Part shown: in pieces, positions 1 through 12,294 of the stretch
Numbering within the stretch: position 1 is the first letter of the stretch
Layout: every line of letters starts with the position of its first letter
NCBI GenBank assembly: GCA_964016885.1
Contig: OZ024742.1
Span: 6,200,001-6,264,000 of the forward strand
Source: Eledone cirrhosa
Taxonomy: Eukaryota
Length of the DNA: 64,000 nt
Reading direction: 5' to 3'
Translations under genes and position numbers: made by a program
Notes under the pieces: model-generated
The model's input: only the letters and a program-made list of their open reading frames with translations
Told to the model about the DNA's origin: nothing
The model's database searches: none

Positions 1-370
1 AGATCTTCCTCAGTTTGGTTGTTGAAAAATCGTGACATTTGAGCTAACAGACGAGATGTTTCTTAGCATGGCAGTTGAAATCTCGTGATATTTGAGCTAA
101 CAGATGAGACCTTCCTAAGATTGGCTTTTGAAATATCGTTACACTAAAGCTAACAGGTGAGACCTTCCTTAGTTTGAATGTTAAGATCTCGTGACATTTG
201 AGCTAACAGATGAGAACTTTCTCAGCTAGATTGCTGAAATCTCATGACATTTGAGCTAACAGACGAGACATGATATGTGAGCTGACAGCTGAGACCCTTC
301 TCAGATTGGCTGTTGAAATCTCGCGATATGTGGGCTAACAGACGAGACCTTCCCCAGTTTGGCTGTTGCG
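1..370. repeat. ~53-bp minisatellite (GAGACCTTCCTCAGTTTGGCTGTTGAAATCTCGTGACATTTGAGCTAACAGAC), ~7 degenerate copies, cut by the window edge
   Basis: GAGCTAACAG recurs at ~41, 94, 147, 200, 253 and 333. Confidence 0.85.
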
Positions 371-431
371 ATTATCATTGGTATCTTATATCGTGTCATA
401 TATATAGAAATATAGGCGTGTGAGGGAAGGC

Positions 432-622
432 TGGTGGCTAAGTGGTTAGGGTGTTTTGGTTCGATCCAGGCTAAATCAACTGTTGTTGGATACAATATAA
501 CATGTTATTGGATCGCCCTCGAATCCCACGACGAGTGTTCCAGTTATTAAAACAACGGAACAGACTGCTCGTGAAATTAACTTGCAAGTGGCTGAGTATT
601 CCAGAAATACGTGCAACCTTAA
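432..622. mobile_element. SINE remnants: tRNA-like head plus an inverted SINE tail
   Basis: A-box-like TGGCTAAGTGG and B-box GGTTCGATCC at 443-466; 559-622 (AACAGACTGCTCGTGAAATTAACTTGCAAGTGGCTGAG) resembles a cephalopod SINE tail from memory. Confidence 0.5.
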
Positions 623-826
623 CACACTTCTCATCAAGTTTAATACAACAATGAAAGATAGTGGCTATAAACACAATATTATCGTAGATAAAGAAAGAAG
701 TGAAATTATTGGCTGATAAAATCCGAATTTCCGCCCACAGAGAGATTTTATAAAAGAAAGAGAAATTTATAGCTGGCTTCTGTAATTAATTAAGTTTAAT
801 TAATTTACACGCACAGCAAGTACACA

Positions 827-829
<3 letters not shown>

Positions 830-917
<88 letters not shown>

Positions 918-1095
918 GTATACTTACACACACACACACACACAACACGCACATATATATATATGTTTGTATGTGTTTGTGTGTAAGTATACATATATAT
1001 ATATATATGTATACTTACACACACACACACACACACATACACACATATACACACAACACACACACATATATATATATATATATGTTTGTATGTGT
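830..1095. repeat. (TA)n / (CA)n compound microsatellite
   Basis: Pure TA run 830-907 followed by mixed CA/TA units. Confidence 0.95.
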
Positions 1096-1596
1096 ATGAC
1101 AACAGCAATCACAAAGTGTAGAATGTGAATGGTTTATTATAACTTTACAAATGTGAGTCAAAGTCAGAGTCAATTTCTGTTTTTCTGTGTAACCAGAACT
1201 CAACATACAGTCAACATTTAACGAGATAATTAAGTGTTGAGCGAAAAACAAAAGCCAACAAAACGAAACGAAACCAACATCAAAGGGAATTACAAAGGAG
1301 GTCAGTGAACGTATTTGGTGAGAAATTCTAGTCAACTTTCTAAGCATTCACATTTATAGCTTGCACCATTGATTGCTAAGAAGTCATAGAATATATAGGC
1401 GGATCAATTAATTAATAACTAATTATTATAACTAATTATTATAACAATTTGTTTTTAGTAATTTTTCAAGAGAGGGGGGGGGGGCAACAATTAACATGAA
1501 ACATTATTGGTATTCTAGTCTACTTCGTTAATATTTTTGAATATCTACTAATAATTATGTGAGGAGGGCCCAACATAATTCCCCTTTATATATATT

Positions 1597-1815
1597 AGCT
1601 GGACATGCTCACTGACATCCAGAGTTGACACTGCACTCAGTGCTCCTGTGGGTGCCCCTGCTTGGAAACACTGGAAGTGGAAGACGGAGGTTAACATATG
1701 TTGATGCCCTAAGGACAGACACTGGTCTCTTGGAGACGCAGGAGATGGTAGCGATAATGAGGGACAGAGACTGCTGGAGAGAACACATCCATGGATCTCG
1801 GGAATTTTACCCGCC
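1597..1815 (+). pseudogene. RTE-like non-LTR retrotransposon 3' end (degenerate ORF C-terminus), flanked by TA
   Basis: Translates LAGHAH*HPELTLHSVLLWVP..GRRRLTYVDALRTDTG..MRDRDCWR, matching the RTE-type C-terminal pattern (AGH...W.P...GR...D...DR..WR); has an in-frame stop. Confidence 0.7.
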
Positions 1816-1990
1816 CTATATATATATATATATATATATACAGTATTTTCCGTTGTGTTGTAATATAAATATTACACACAGTAGATTGACAGCTCACGTA
1901 GAGTTTGCTCGACGGTTCCAGTTGTAATTCCAAAAGTAATCCGGAGAAAAATAGAAAGATTTGAATGGATACAGTTTAGTTGAAAGGAGT

Positions 1991-2111
1991 TTATTGACAC
2001 GTGTTTCTATAACAGTTACATAACCTGAAAACAGCTGCTATCTACAAAGTATTAGTTATGTAGACATTCAATATTTCAATGTTATTATTTACTGTCATTT
2101 CATCAGAATAA
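1991..2111 (-). ncRNA. Type I hammerhead ribozyme (mirror of 4234-4351)
   Basis: Reverse complement reads TTATT-CTGATGA...GAAA-CACGTG-TC-AATAA. Confidence 0.75.
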
Positions 2112-2671
2112 TATTACTGAGGACCTATTTAGTTTTTATAGAGAATATTAGGAGAGAGGGGTGAAGTTGTTAGAAGAATAGTTGAGGGAGTGGTTTTTTG
2201 ATAGCAGTGAGAATTTTTGGTGGCAGTGAGTAATTAGATTCCCATCTGTTGTTTTGACATTTTTATAGAATATATTATTGGTTATTTTTCTAAATCTATA
2301 GAGGGATTAGAGATAGTAAAGATATGCGTGGTTGGTTTTGTGTTTGCACTTAATTAACATTCAGACTTAATTTTTTCTTTCAAGTGTACGTATCCTTTCA
2401 CCCACGCATTCACACACAAACATATTTGCACACCTCTACAAAATACATATACTCACATTCACATAGTAACATGTTCATACTTACATACATATAAACATGC
2501 ATACATATATATATACACACATGTATTCATGTACATACATACGCGTTCATGTGTATACATTTTCATACTCAACTTATCTTTATATACACACGTATAGACA
2601 CACACATATATACATACATACTCTAGTCTATGTGTATATATATATACATATACACATATATATATACATAT

Positions 2672-2741
<70 letters not shown>

Positions 2742-2745
<4 letters not shown>

Positions 2746-3015
2746 AAAAATTGAACAGGGACAGAACAGAGAGGCAGTACGACAAATGTTTATTAGATTC
2801 ACGCTCAGGAGAGTGGGGGTAGGTGGAGGACGACGTTTCGGGCATAAGCCCTTCTTCAGGTAAGAGTTCAAAAGGTGTGTAGGGGAGTGGTGGAGAGACA
2901 TATAGCGAAAGGAAACGGTGCGAATGAAAAATTAACAAATAAAGACAAAAATATAATAAATAATAAATAAAAATAAAGCATGATCAAAATACAAGGAATG
3001 AGAACATCATATACG

Positions 3016-3016
<1 letters not shown>
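2742..3016 (-). mobile_element. Short Penelope pLTR-like 3' fragment nested in a (TA)n tract; same family as 14575-14870
   Basis: Reverse complement matches 14600-14870; hammerhead core CTGAAGA-AGGGC-TTAT-GCCC-GAAA-CGTCG-TC at 2829-2859; TA tracts on both sides. Confidence 0.8.
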
Positions 3017-3086
<70 letters not shown>

Positions 3087-3134
3087 CACTTTAATACGTG
3101 AATACACTTACATCTAACTATACACATCAAACAT

Positions 3135-3346
3135 ATGAGCGATCAAAAGTTTACCCTAAAATGGGAGAAATTAGCTAAAACCCAAAGCTTTTCCAGGAGC
3201 CAAAATTTCTGCAAATTGTGTAATCTTGAGATTATTACATAATCACACACAAGAAGAAATTGATGAATAACAGAATTGAACGAACATTATTCTGCCGTCA
3301 CCGAACTAAAACCCTTTTTTCCCACTACAAGCCGAATATTACATAA
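3135..3346 (+). pseudogene. Penelope-like GIY-YIG endonuclease C-terminal fragment (frameshifted)
   Basis: LKWEKLAKTQSFSRSQNFCKLCNLE // KLMNNRIERTLFCRHRTKTLFSHYKPNIT*; homologous to the end of ORF 30504-31274 (W..L...C.LC...LN.R.E...C.H...YKPN). Confidence 0.8.
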
Positions 3347-3624
3347 AAGAGGGACATCCCCCCAACTATATAAACCTCAATCTAGTTAGAAAAATATAAA
3401 AACAATTTCTTCTCAACATATATATGTATATTAACAACCTCAAATTACCACACAAATAATGGAAAGATATGCTGATGAGAATAGGTGCAAAAATGCGATA
3501 ATGAATGTGTCTAAAAGCGACCATAAGTATGTATATATATGTGAAAATGTATATAAATAAGTAAAAACATATATATATGTTTGATGTGTATAGTTAGATG
3601 TAAGTGTATTCACGTATTAAAGTG

Positions 3625-3707
<83 letters not shown>

Positions 3708-4233
3708 GTATATATATACACATAGACTAGAGTATGTATGTATATATGTGTGTGTCTATATGTGTGTATATAAAGATAAGTTGAGTATGAAAATGTATAC
3801 ACATGAACGCGTATGTATGTACATGAATACATGTGTGTATATATATATGTATGCATGTTTATATGTATGTAAGTATGAACATGTTACTATGTGAATGTGA
3901 GTATATGTATTTTGTAGAGGTGTGCAAATATGTTTGTGTGTGAATGCGTGGGTGAAAGGATACGTACACTTGAAAGAAAAATTTAAGTCTGAATGTTAAT
4001 TAAGTGCAAACACAAAACCAACCACGCATATCTTTACTATCTCTAATCCCTCTATTTAGAAAAATAACCAATAATATATTCTATAAAAATGTCAAAACAA
4101 CAGATGGGAATCTAATTACTCACTGCCACCAAAAATCCTCACTGCTATCAAAAAACCACTCAACTATTCTTCTAACAACTTCACCCCTCTCTCCTAATAT
4201 TCTCTATAAAAACCAAACAGGTCCTCAGTAATA

Positions 4234-4351
4234 TTATTCTGATGAAATGACAGTAAATAATAACATTGAAATATTGAATGTCTACATAACTAATACTTTG
4301 TAGATAGCTGTTTTCAGGTTATGTAACTGTTATAGAAACACGTGTCAATAA
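4234..4351 (+). ncRNA. Type I hammerhead ribozyme with long stem II
   Basis: Stem I TTATT/AATAA; CTGATGA at 4239; stem II base TGACAG/CTGTTA; GAAA at 4335; palindromic CACGTG; GUC cleavage triplet overlapping AATAAA. Confidence 0.78.
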
Positions 4352-4385
4352 ACTCCTTTCAACTAAACTGTATCCATTCAAATCT

Positions 4386-4444
<59 letters not shown>

Positions 4445-4447
<3 letters not shown>

Positions 4448-4565
4448 GAAGTATTTAGGAAAGGTAAAGGAAAAGAGAGTGCTCTATGTAGGCTACAGAG
4501 CTTTTTAGTTATGTAATAAACAACATAAGACAATTATTCCATTTACCAGTGGTTTCTTGAAGATA
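4445..4565 (-). mobile_element. pLTR-like 3' fragment, same family as 8671-8910
   Basis: GAGTGCTCTATGTAGG...TAGTTATGTAATAAACAAC...CATTTACCAGTGGTTTCTT is the reverse complement of ~8793-8880; abuts (TA)n 4390-4440. Confidence 0.75.
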
Positions 4566-4635
4566 TGAAAGACGTAGCTATGCAACCGTGTTTCTTTAGA
4601 AATATGAACTCTCTCTCTCTCTCTCTCTCTCTCCC

Positions 4636-4699
<64 letters not shown>

Positions 4700-4759
4700 T
4701 TAAATGTATAGGAAAAACAAACACTAGGCGTGAAGTTTAGAAAAAAGTGAAGTATGTTA

Positions 4760-6032
4760 TCAAAAGGTGAACCATTACTTACAAAGGTAAACTATTACTT
4801 AGGAAGGTGGGCTGTCATTTTTAAAAGGTGCATCATAACACTGCATGCTGTAAGAGATGTTTAAAAGAGTTGGTACCAAGAAGGACATCTAACTGCAAGA
4901 CACCCGGTCTAAACATGGCAAACTAGATACAAAAATCATATTGATGACCATAAATCAGGGACTTTATACAATCTCACAGACACACACCACTTATTTCAAA
5001 ACTCCATGAGAAATGAGGGCCTGTCATTTTACTCTGCCACAAATGTGTACTGCTCATATCCCCTCAGATGATGGTGAGAGAAAAAAAAAGACGAGACAGA
5101 TGAGATTGGGGGGGGGGGGGGGGTGGGGGGCGAGCGGTACTTACTTACTTTATTTACAAAGGTCTGTTTTAGAAAGGTGAACCATTGCTTACAAAGGTCT
5201 GTTTTTTGCTTGCGAGCGTTTATCAAGACCACACTCTCAGTTGCCTTTCTTGAGAATTATAGAGGCTGGGTTCTTAAAGAGTTCCAGTAATAATCAGGAG
5301 CTGATTAATCAGAGCGATTGCCTGTCACACTATCTCTTTCTCCCTCATTCTGTAACACGTTTCAATACAATATAAGTCTATATAGTGCTGTTTGCATATC
5401 AATATTATTTTGCCCATTCACTAGCAATGCATTAAATATTGTATTTCTTCAGAAAGATTTCAAAACGGTTTCAAAGTACGAGGTAAGTTTGTTGCATCTT
5501 GCAGTAAATATATTTCTACTGCTATCCCCTCTGAATAAAAGGCCTTTTATTCACAGCGGAGAGCAGTAGAAATGTGTTTGTTTTTCCTATACATTTAAAC
5601 ATATTATTACATTATGACCTTCCACCTGGATACTATAATCTGATCCCCCTTATTGGACGATTACTGTAACCTGCAAGGACCATTTTGAGAAAAATACTTT
5701 GGTTAGCAATCTTACTTGTTTTATTTTTGTTTGTACACTTATTTACACAAACAAATTTTACTCGTACATTTATTCATATTTACATATATATGATATATAT
5801 ATAGAGAGAGAGTGAAAGAGAGGGTGTGACAGGCAATCACTCTGATTAATTAGCTCCTGATTATTACTGGAATTCTTTAAGAACCCAGCCTCTATAATTC
5901 TCAAGAAAGGCAACTGAGAATGTAGTCTTGATAAACGCTCACAAGCAAAAAACGGACCTTTGTAAGCAATGGTTCACCTTTCTAAAACAGACCTTTGTAA
6001 ATAAAGTAAGTACCGCTCCCCCCTCCTAATCT
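4760..6032. mobile_element. MITE/fold-back DNA-element-like repeat with ~200-bp inner inverted repeats (5132-5330 and 5824-6018)
   Basis: Arms are clear reverse complements (GAGCGGTAC...GTGTCACAC-type ends); internal AAAGGTGAACCATT subrepeats; 4760-5125 is also the reverse complement of 15031-15395. Confidence 0.65.
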
Positions 6033-6039
6033 AATCCCA

Positions 6040-6262
6040 TAGAACACCATCAACGCGGTTCTTAGGGAGATTCAGCGTGACACAGCGTGTGACAAGGTTG
6101 GCCCTTTTGAATTACAGGTACAACTAATATTTTTTCGGCTGACTGGATTGGAACAACGTGGAATAAAGTGCCTTGCTGAAGGACACAACATGCCACCTGT
6201 CCAAATAACCGCCGAACTCATAGCCTTACGGCCATGAGTCGAACACCCTCACCGCAAAGCCA
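6040..6262 (-). mobile_element. tRNA-derived SINE (CORE-like)
   Basis: Minus-strand tRNA-like head GCGGTGAGGGTGTTCGACTC...GAGTTCG; CORE/MIR-like AAGTGCCTTGCTGAAGGACACAAC on the plus strand. Confidence 0.7.
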
Positions 6263-6279
6263 GTATGCATATACACACA

Positions 6280-6329
<50 letters not shown>

Positions 6330-6330
<1 letters not shown>

Positions 6331-7352
6331 CGAAGGAATTGTGGTAAAGAACCAGATGGACCATAACGCACCAAAGTACTCAATACTTAGTGTAGTAGAG
6401 TGGGGTGGGTAATAGGAACAAGTATGACCCCGACGGCAGAGCTCAAGCTGTTTCGACGGCTATTTCTGGACTTCTTCACCCCATATCATCCTATCACTGC
6501 CGATCTTCTTCCTCATCTGTTTTTCACCTTTCGCCTACCCCGATGCAGCCCATCGGTCATCTGTAGTCTCAGTACCCCACCCCCGTAATTTTAAGATAGA
6601 ATTGGCCGATTACGCTTTATTTATAGGAGATGTGTTAGACCCTTGTAATTTTTTCTTTTTTGTTACTACTCCATTTCTACAATCTCTAAATTTCTTATTT
6701 AGTATTATTTTTTTCTTAACTTATTAACCTCTAATTGTAAGATACGCTTTACTATTTATAGCAGCTGTGTTAGACCCCCTGTAAAGCCTGCTTTAAACAT
6801 TTTTTCACTACCAACTACAATCTCTTACTTAGTATTTTCCCATTCTCTACCTATTATACTTTTCTATAGCTTAGCAATCCCTACTTATAGCAGCTGTTTC
6901 TAGACTCTACTATTTTTGTTTTTTTATTCATTTCTCACTATCAACATTTTTTTAAAAATTTATTTATTATTTTTATTTTACTCCCTTTCGACTTACCTAT
7001 TCTTTCAACTCCCCTCCTCCTTTTCTCCAGTACAATTTTTCGACTTTTCATACTTTATCCTTAGAATCTGCTGTATAGATTTCACTTTCAACGCCTTACT
7101 GACTTTCTTCACTCCCTTTTTGTTCTACTGGCAAGTTCCGCCACCCCTACTACCCACCAAATGCCATGATAGATTTATTTGTCTTTATAACAAATTTTAA
7201 CCAATCCTCTTGACAATTACTATCTTCCCATATAAGGAAGTACCCCTTGATAAGTTTGGCTATTTATTTACCAGGCTAAAAATTCTTACTTAGTCCAGAA
7301 ATAGCCGTCGAAACGGCTTGAGCTCTGCCGTCGGGGTCATACTTGTTCCTAT
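6330..7352. mobile_element. (TA)n-bounded fold-back cassette (family also at 27151-27357, 16915-16965 and 20985-21037)
   Basis: 6412-6472 is the reverse complement of 7292-7352; TA tracts on both sides; only a degenerate hammerhead-like signal (TTGATAA..GGCTATTT/AAATAGCC..GAAA). Confidence 0.75.
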
Positions 7353-7360
7353 ATATATAT

Positions 7361-8125
7361 ATATATATAAAACATGAGAAGAAAGAAGAATACTGCGTGG
7401 TTGCACATAGGTTACATATGATAAAAAAAGTCCTTCGTCAGTGATTTTCCAACCATCATTGGTATTTCATCACATTTAAAATCAGATACCTCAGGTTGGT
7501 GCGAGCAATAACTAAAAAAGTTATTGGGACCAGTAATTCGCGTAAAGCGGGGGGGGGGGGGGGGGGGGGGGAGTAAACAACATAGAAGGATAAAAGATAA
7601 AAGCAAACCGAAGATAGGAAAATAAACAAGCAACATGGTTGGTTGTCCGGTCAGCATAATCTGGGTGGATTTCATGAGCGAGAGAGGTACAGACCGTCCG
7701 ATGTGTGTGAGATGTAAGCAAGAAGAGACCCACTACAAGCCAAACGGGAGGAAGTGAGAAGGGGAGAAACAGAGAGTGAGTGAGTGGAAGTGTGAGGAAG
7801 AGGTCAGTCGAGAGAAAGTGTAACTGACAGAGGGGGCGAAAGAAGGTGAGAGAAACAGAGAGCGGTTAAGCAGTAAGAGAAAAACAGACAAACGCAGTCG
7901 AGGTAAATATATATAAAAACATGAGAAGAAAGAAGAATACTGCGTGGTTGCACATGGGTTACATATGATAAAAATAGTCCTTCGTCAGTGATTTTCCAAC
8001 CATCATTGGTATTTCATCGCATTAAAAATCAGATACCTCAGGTTGGTGCGAGCAATAACTAAAAAAGTTATTGGGACCAGTAAATCGTGTAAAGCGAGGG
8101 GGACAAGTAAACAACATAGAATGAT
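7361..8125 (-). mobile_element. (TA)n-bounded partial tandem repeat, period ~547 bp (pLTR/retrozyme-like); related to 22353-22600
   Basis: 7374-7590 is repeated at 7921-8122; shares a conserved hairpin motif with 22514-22595. Confidence 0.7.
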
Positions 8126-8135
8126 ATATATATAT

Positions 8136-8580
8136 ATATATTATTCAAAATAATAATAAATGAAGACGTTCACATAATCAAAATATATGTTTTATTATAT
8201 ATATTTCGGAGGTACTGTACTGTTTTTTCAGTACGTCCTCATGAGATAAAATACATGAATTGATGTATGACATACCTCAACTGTCTTGATGGTACATTTC
8301 CAGTATTGGCAATACTGGAATTGAACCATCAAGACAGTTGAGGTATGTCATACATCAATTCATGTATTTTATCTCATGAGGACGTACTGAAAATACAGCA
8401 CAGTACCTCCGAAATATATATAATAAAACATATATTTTGATTATGTGAACGTCTTCATTTATTATTATTTTGAATAATATTAATATTAATAACTCCAGAA
8501 AACTTCTTTGTAGAGTGCTTTTAATCTATTGTAAAACTATATTCATTTAGTAATGAATGAACCATATTAATCTTTGGTTA
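8136..8580. mobile_element. Near-perfect palindrome (arms 8136-8308 and 8310-8480) with a 3' extension to (TA)n
   Basis: Centre TTCCAGTATTG-G-CAATACTGGAA; each arm has a hammerhead-like motif. Confidence 0.85.
8367..8428 (+). ncRNA. Variant type I hammerhead with CUCAUGA core; mirror at 8190-8251 (-)
   Basis: TTTTAT-CTCATGA-GGACGTACTG..CAGTACCTCC-GAAA-TATATA-TA-ATAAAA; G5 to C change in both arms. Confidence 0.6.
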
Positions 8581-8670
8581 TATATATATATGATATGCAT
8601 ATATATATGATATACATATATATAATATATATATAATATATATATATATAATAATATATATATATATATA

Positions 8671-8910
8671 TAGTTATGTAATAAACAACGTAAGGAAATT
8701 ATTTCATTCACCAGTGGTTTCTTAAATCCAATGCCATTAAATACACCGGGATTTTTTCATTCTGATGATTGAAAGCAAAATTTGTTTGCTTTTAAGAAAC
8801 CACTGGTAAATGAAATAATTTCCTTATGTTGTTTATTACATAACTATTAAGCTATGTTACCTACATAGAGCACTCTTTTTTCTGGACTTTTCCGACGGAA
8901 TTACTTCATT
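8671..8910. mobile_element. Small (TA)n-bounded fold-back cassette
   Basis: 8671-8726 is the reverse complement of 8791-8846; contains a complete hammerhead. Confidence 0.8.
8755..8815 (+). ncRNA. Type I hammerhead ribozyme, canonical core
   Basis: TTTCATT-CTGATGA-TTGAAAGCAAA/TTTGCTTTTAA-GAAA-CCACTGG-TA-AATGAAA; all three stems pair; GUA cleavage triplet. Confidence 0.9.
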
Positions 8911-9063
<153 letters not shown>

Positions 9064-9218
9064 ATATACACGGGTGTGTATAATTGTGTATAGAAGATTA
9101 TATTAATAAGAAGAATTCCAACTTTGTCTGATTTACTCGTTTTATTTACAATCCTTTAAAATTTATAATGGTATTATAATGAAATAGTATGATAGAATAT
9201 TAAATTCTAAGTGTTAAT

Positions 9219-9257
9219 TGAACAACTACTTTCATGCTTTCGCAATCTTCAGGTTCA
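9219..9257 (-). ncRNA. Minimal type I hammerhead ribozyme
   Basis: TGAAC-CTGAAGA-TTGC-GAAA-GCAT-GAAA-GTAG-TT-GTTCA; stem III is one substitution from palindromic CTAG. Confidence 0.75.
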
Positions 9258-9648
9258 TAATATGTGGTGACAGTCAAGTTTGCAATTTTCAACTGTAATG
9301 AGATGGGTAAATTTTCTACCTTATATACAGTGAAAAGTGGCTCCAGAATGCTAAATCTTGCAAACTGTATTTCGACCAATCAGTGTGTAGTTTCACTGAA
9401 TTACTAAAGCTGATTGGTTTAAGCGTCACGGCTGGTTGAGCATGTCTAACGACCAATAATTAATTATATCCAAAGCATCAATTGTTTTGCTATTTTTAGA
9501 AATTATGAAAATAGCATTTTCTAGTAATCATCACCATCAACATAACTTTTATTATTATTATTATTATTATTGTTGTTGTTGTTGTTAGTGGTCGTACTCG
9601 ACATGGTCGTAGTCATAGTCATGGTAGAAGTAATACCCCTAAGCGTTA

Positions 9649-9891
9649 TTATTGTTCATTTAGCTTGGGTTTGAATTTATCAATAAAATTCTTTTCTTTG
9701 ATTTTTCTCTTGATTTCACTTGGGCTGTGTAATTTGTAGAATGGGAATATTATAAATATTTTCTGGCCACATGTTGCTAAATGGTTACTTAGGGGTATCT
9801 GACGGTCATTTGGGTCTCTGATTTGCTGTCGGTGCACCCGTGCACGTTCCGATAGTGCATTTCCAGTTTGACCGACATATAGTTCTTCACA
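9649..9891 (-). pseudogene. GIY-YIG endonuclease C-terminal half (Penelope-like)
   Basis: CEELYVGQTGNALSERARVHRQQIRDP...LSNHLATC...RKIKEKNFIDKFKPKLN: YIG-like YVGQT motif, catalytic R, H, E and terminal N. Confidence 0.85.
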
Positions 9892-10925
9892 GTAAATTAG
9901 ATTTGCAGTAAATTAGATTTATAATAATCCCGCCTATTATTATAACAATATCTGCTCACTCTGCCATATGTGATTCTGGAAGCGGAGTTTCCTATATACA
10001 CTTTTTCTCTATATGTAACGGGATAGCCATCACGATTTGTATTTACTGTGGTATGGTTGTATGCGGTACGATACATTGGTTGAACGCCAATTTGGACATA
10101 CAGTGAATTTCACCTGGCACGTTGGATTGAGCGACCGAACGTGAGGATTTTGGGGAATGCCAGTTTCTGCGGACCTGGCGTGTTTTCAATTTCCTCACAT
10201 CAGTGCCGGCTGTATATGTACCATATATTTCTTTAACTCGTACTTTCTTTTATTTTTTATTTTAGATTTTAGGTGTATATCCCAGACGGTCTATGGTGAT
10301 AAATAGTGTTATCTCACTTAACGTTCGGAACTGGAACATATCGATGTGGTTCGTAGGGTGCGGATATGATAAGGAGATTCGACCTGTTACAAGGGGATAT
10401 AATTGGAGTACACCATCCCTAATATGGACTATCATACATGTAAGGCTGCACCACCGCTAACCAACTATTCTTTTCACAGACTCGTGCTTGCAAACTCTCA
10501 TAATCTGCCTGTACACCCTGTTTTTGCACTACTTGTGATTTGATGTATCTATGCTTTGCTTTGTTTTATATTTTGGGGGGTTTCCGGGCTTTTGTTCCTT
10601 TATTGTTTTGTATTTTTATATTTATCTCTTTTTTTATCCCTGTATTTTGTACTTTTTTATTATTTTTTTTATTATTTTATTATTCTTTCTGATCATGCTG
10701 AGTAATACCCTCACTCATCCCTTGCTACCCTCTCCCAAACTCTTTATCATCTATTGGACCATTTAAGTGATACATTTTTGATGTAATTTTTACCTTTTTA
10801 AAGACATTTTATGACATTATGTGGATCATGTATTCTGTCTTTTTCTATATAGCGCTAGTCCATTAATCTTGTTCTAGTGACGCAGCACGATGGAGCATGC
10901 AACTATTGATATACTCTTGTTTATA

Positions 10926-10972
10926 GGCTCTGATGATTCCTGCTATGGGGTACGGATGAAACACTGTTAGCT
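10926..10972 (+). ncRNA. Type I hammerhead in the 3' part of a (TA)n-terminated cassette (~9920-11130)
   Basis: GGCT-CTGATGA-TTCC...GGAT-GAAA-CACTG-TT-AGCT, followed directly by AATAAA. Confidence 0.75.
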
Positions 10973-11428
10973 AATAAAACAATGTATTTCTAAGCACTGT
11001 TTGGTTATTCCTATAACTATAACGGCTCTGCAGTATACTAGTTATCCTACATTGAGCTAAAACCACACTGTTATACCAAGGGCAATATATCTGCATGTCT
11101 AGGTATATGGATATATTTGTCAATGTAACTATATATAATAATTATATATATATATATATATATAAACGGAAAAAATGAAACGAAATTTCATTTCCCACAC
11201 TTAGTACGGCTGTTACTTAAATGTAAGTATGTACACGTACATACATATATGTATACAGACGAACAGTAGTATGTATATATATATACATACATGCACACAT
11301 ATATATATGTACGTATGGATTCACCGAACATTTATTATAATGCTCGGTGTGTTTGTAAACAAACATCCCGTATTAAGCCGTAGTGTCCAGCAACCATCGT
11401 TGCTCGTTTGTTCAACACTGACAAAGGA

Positions 11429-11471
11429 ACGCTGTACTAGTTTCAAGCTTATTAGCTATCGTCAGCAACGT
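11429..11471 (-). ncRNA. Minimal type I hammerhead ribozyme
   Basis: Reverse complement of 11827-11869. Confidence 0.88.
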
Positions 11472-11826
11472 ATACCTTCCTGCCAGATTGTTGAACGTAT
11501 ATACTTACCTTATGCATCGTTTTCGGTGCACCCGGCCGATTATAATAAATGTTCGGTGAATCCATACGTACATATATATATATGTGTGCATGTATGTATA
11601 TATATATATATACATACTACCGTACGTCTGTATACATATATGTATGTACGTGTACATACTTATATTTAAGTAACAGCCGTACTAAGAGTGGGAAATGAAA
11701 TTTCGTTTCATTTTTTCCGTTTATCGTTTTCGGTGCACCCGGCCGATTAACCCACTCTATATGCAAATTGGGCTACTCAGCCGCATAATGTAATTATATA
11801 CGTTCAACAATCTGGCAGGAAGGTAT

Positions 11827-11869
11827 ACGTTGCTGACGATAGCTAATAAGCTTGAAACTAGTACAGCGT
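11827..11869 (+). ncRNA. Minimal type I hammerhead ribozyme
   Basis: ACGTTG-CTGACGA-TAGCT-AATA-AGCTT-GAAA-CTAG-TA-CAGCGT; palindromic stem III; GUA triplet. Confidence 0.9.
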
Positions 11870-12251
11870 TCCTTTGTCAGTGTTGACCAAACGAGCAACG
11901 ATGGTTGCTGGACACTACGGCTTAATACGGGATGTTTGTTTACAAACACTCCGAGCATTATAATAAATGTTCGGTGAATCCATACGTATATATATATATA
12001 TGTGTGCATGTATGTATATATATATATATACATACTACTGTACGTCTGTATACATATATATATGTACGCGTACATACTTATATTTAAGTAACAGCCGTAC
12101 TAAGAGTGGGAAATGTATTTCGTTTCAGTTTTTCCGTTTATCGTTTTCGGTGCACCCGGCCGATTAACCCACTCGATATGCAAATTGGGCTACTCAGCCG
12201 TTAATATGCATAAGGTAAGTATATACGTTCAACAATCTGGCAGGAAGGTAT

Positions 12252-12294
12252 ACGTTGCTGACGATAGCTAATAAGCTTGAAACTAGTACAGCGT
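12252..12294 (+). ncRNA. Minimal type I hammerhead ribozyme
   Basis: Identical to 11827-11869. Confidence 0.9.

Larger units (their letters stand above)
1841..4391. mobile_element. Penelope-like fold-back element: arms 1951-3136 and 3575-4391, spacer with GIY-YIG C-terminus, (TA)n on both sides
   Basis: 1951-2700 is the reverse complement of ~3700-4391 and 3020-3136 of 3575-3700; each arm holds a hammerhead; the left arm alone carries a nested insertion at 2742-3016. Confidence 0.88.

Noticed and set aside
3472-3550. Isolated CTGATGA in the spacer
   Set aside because: No paired stems or properly placed GAAA..UH found
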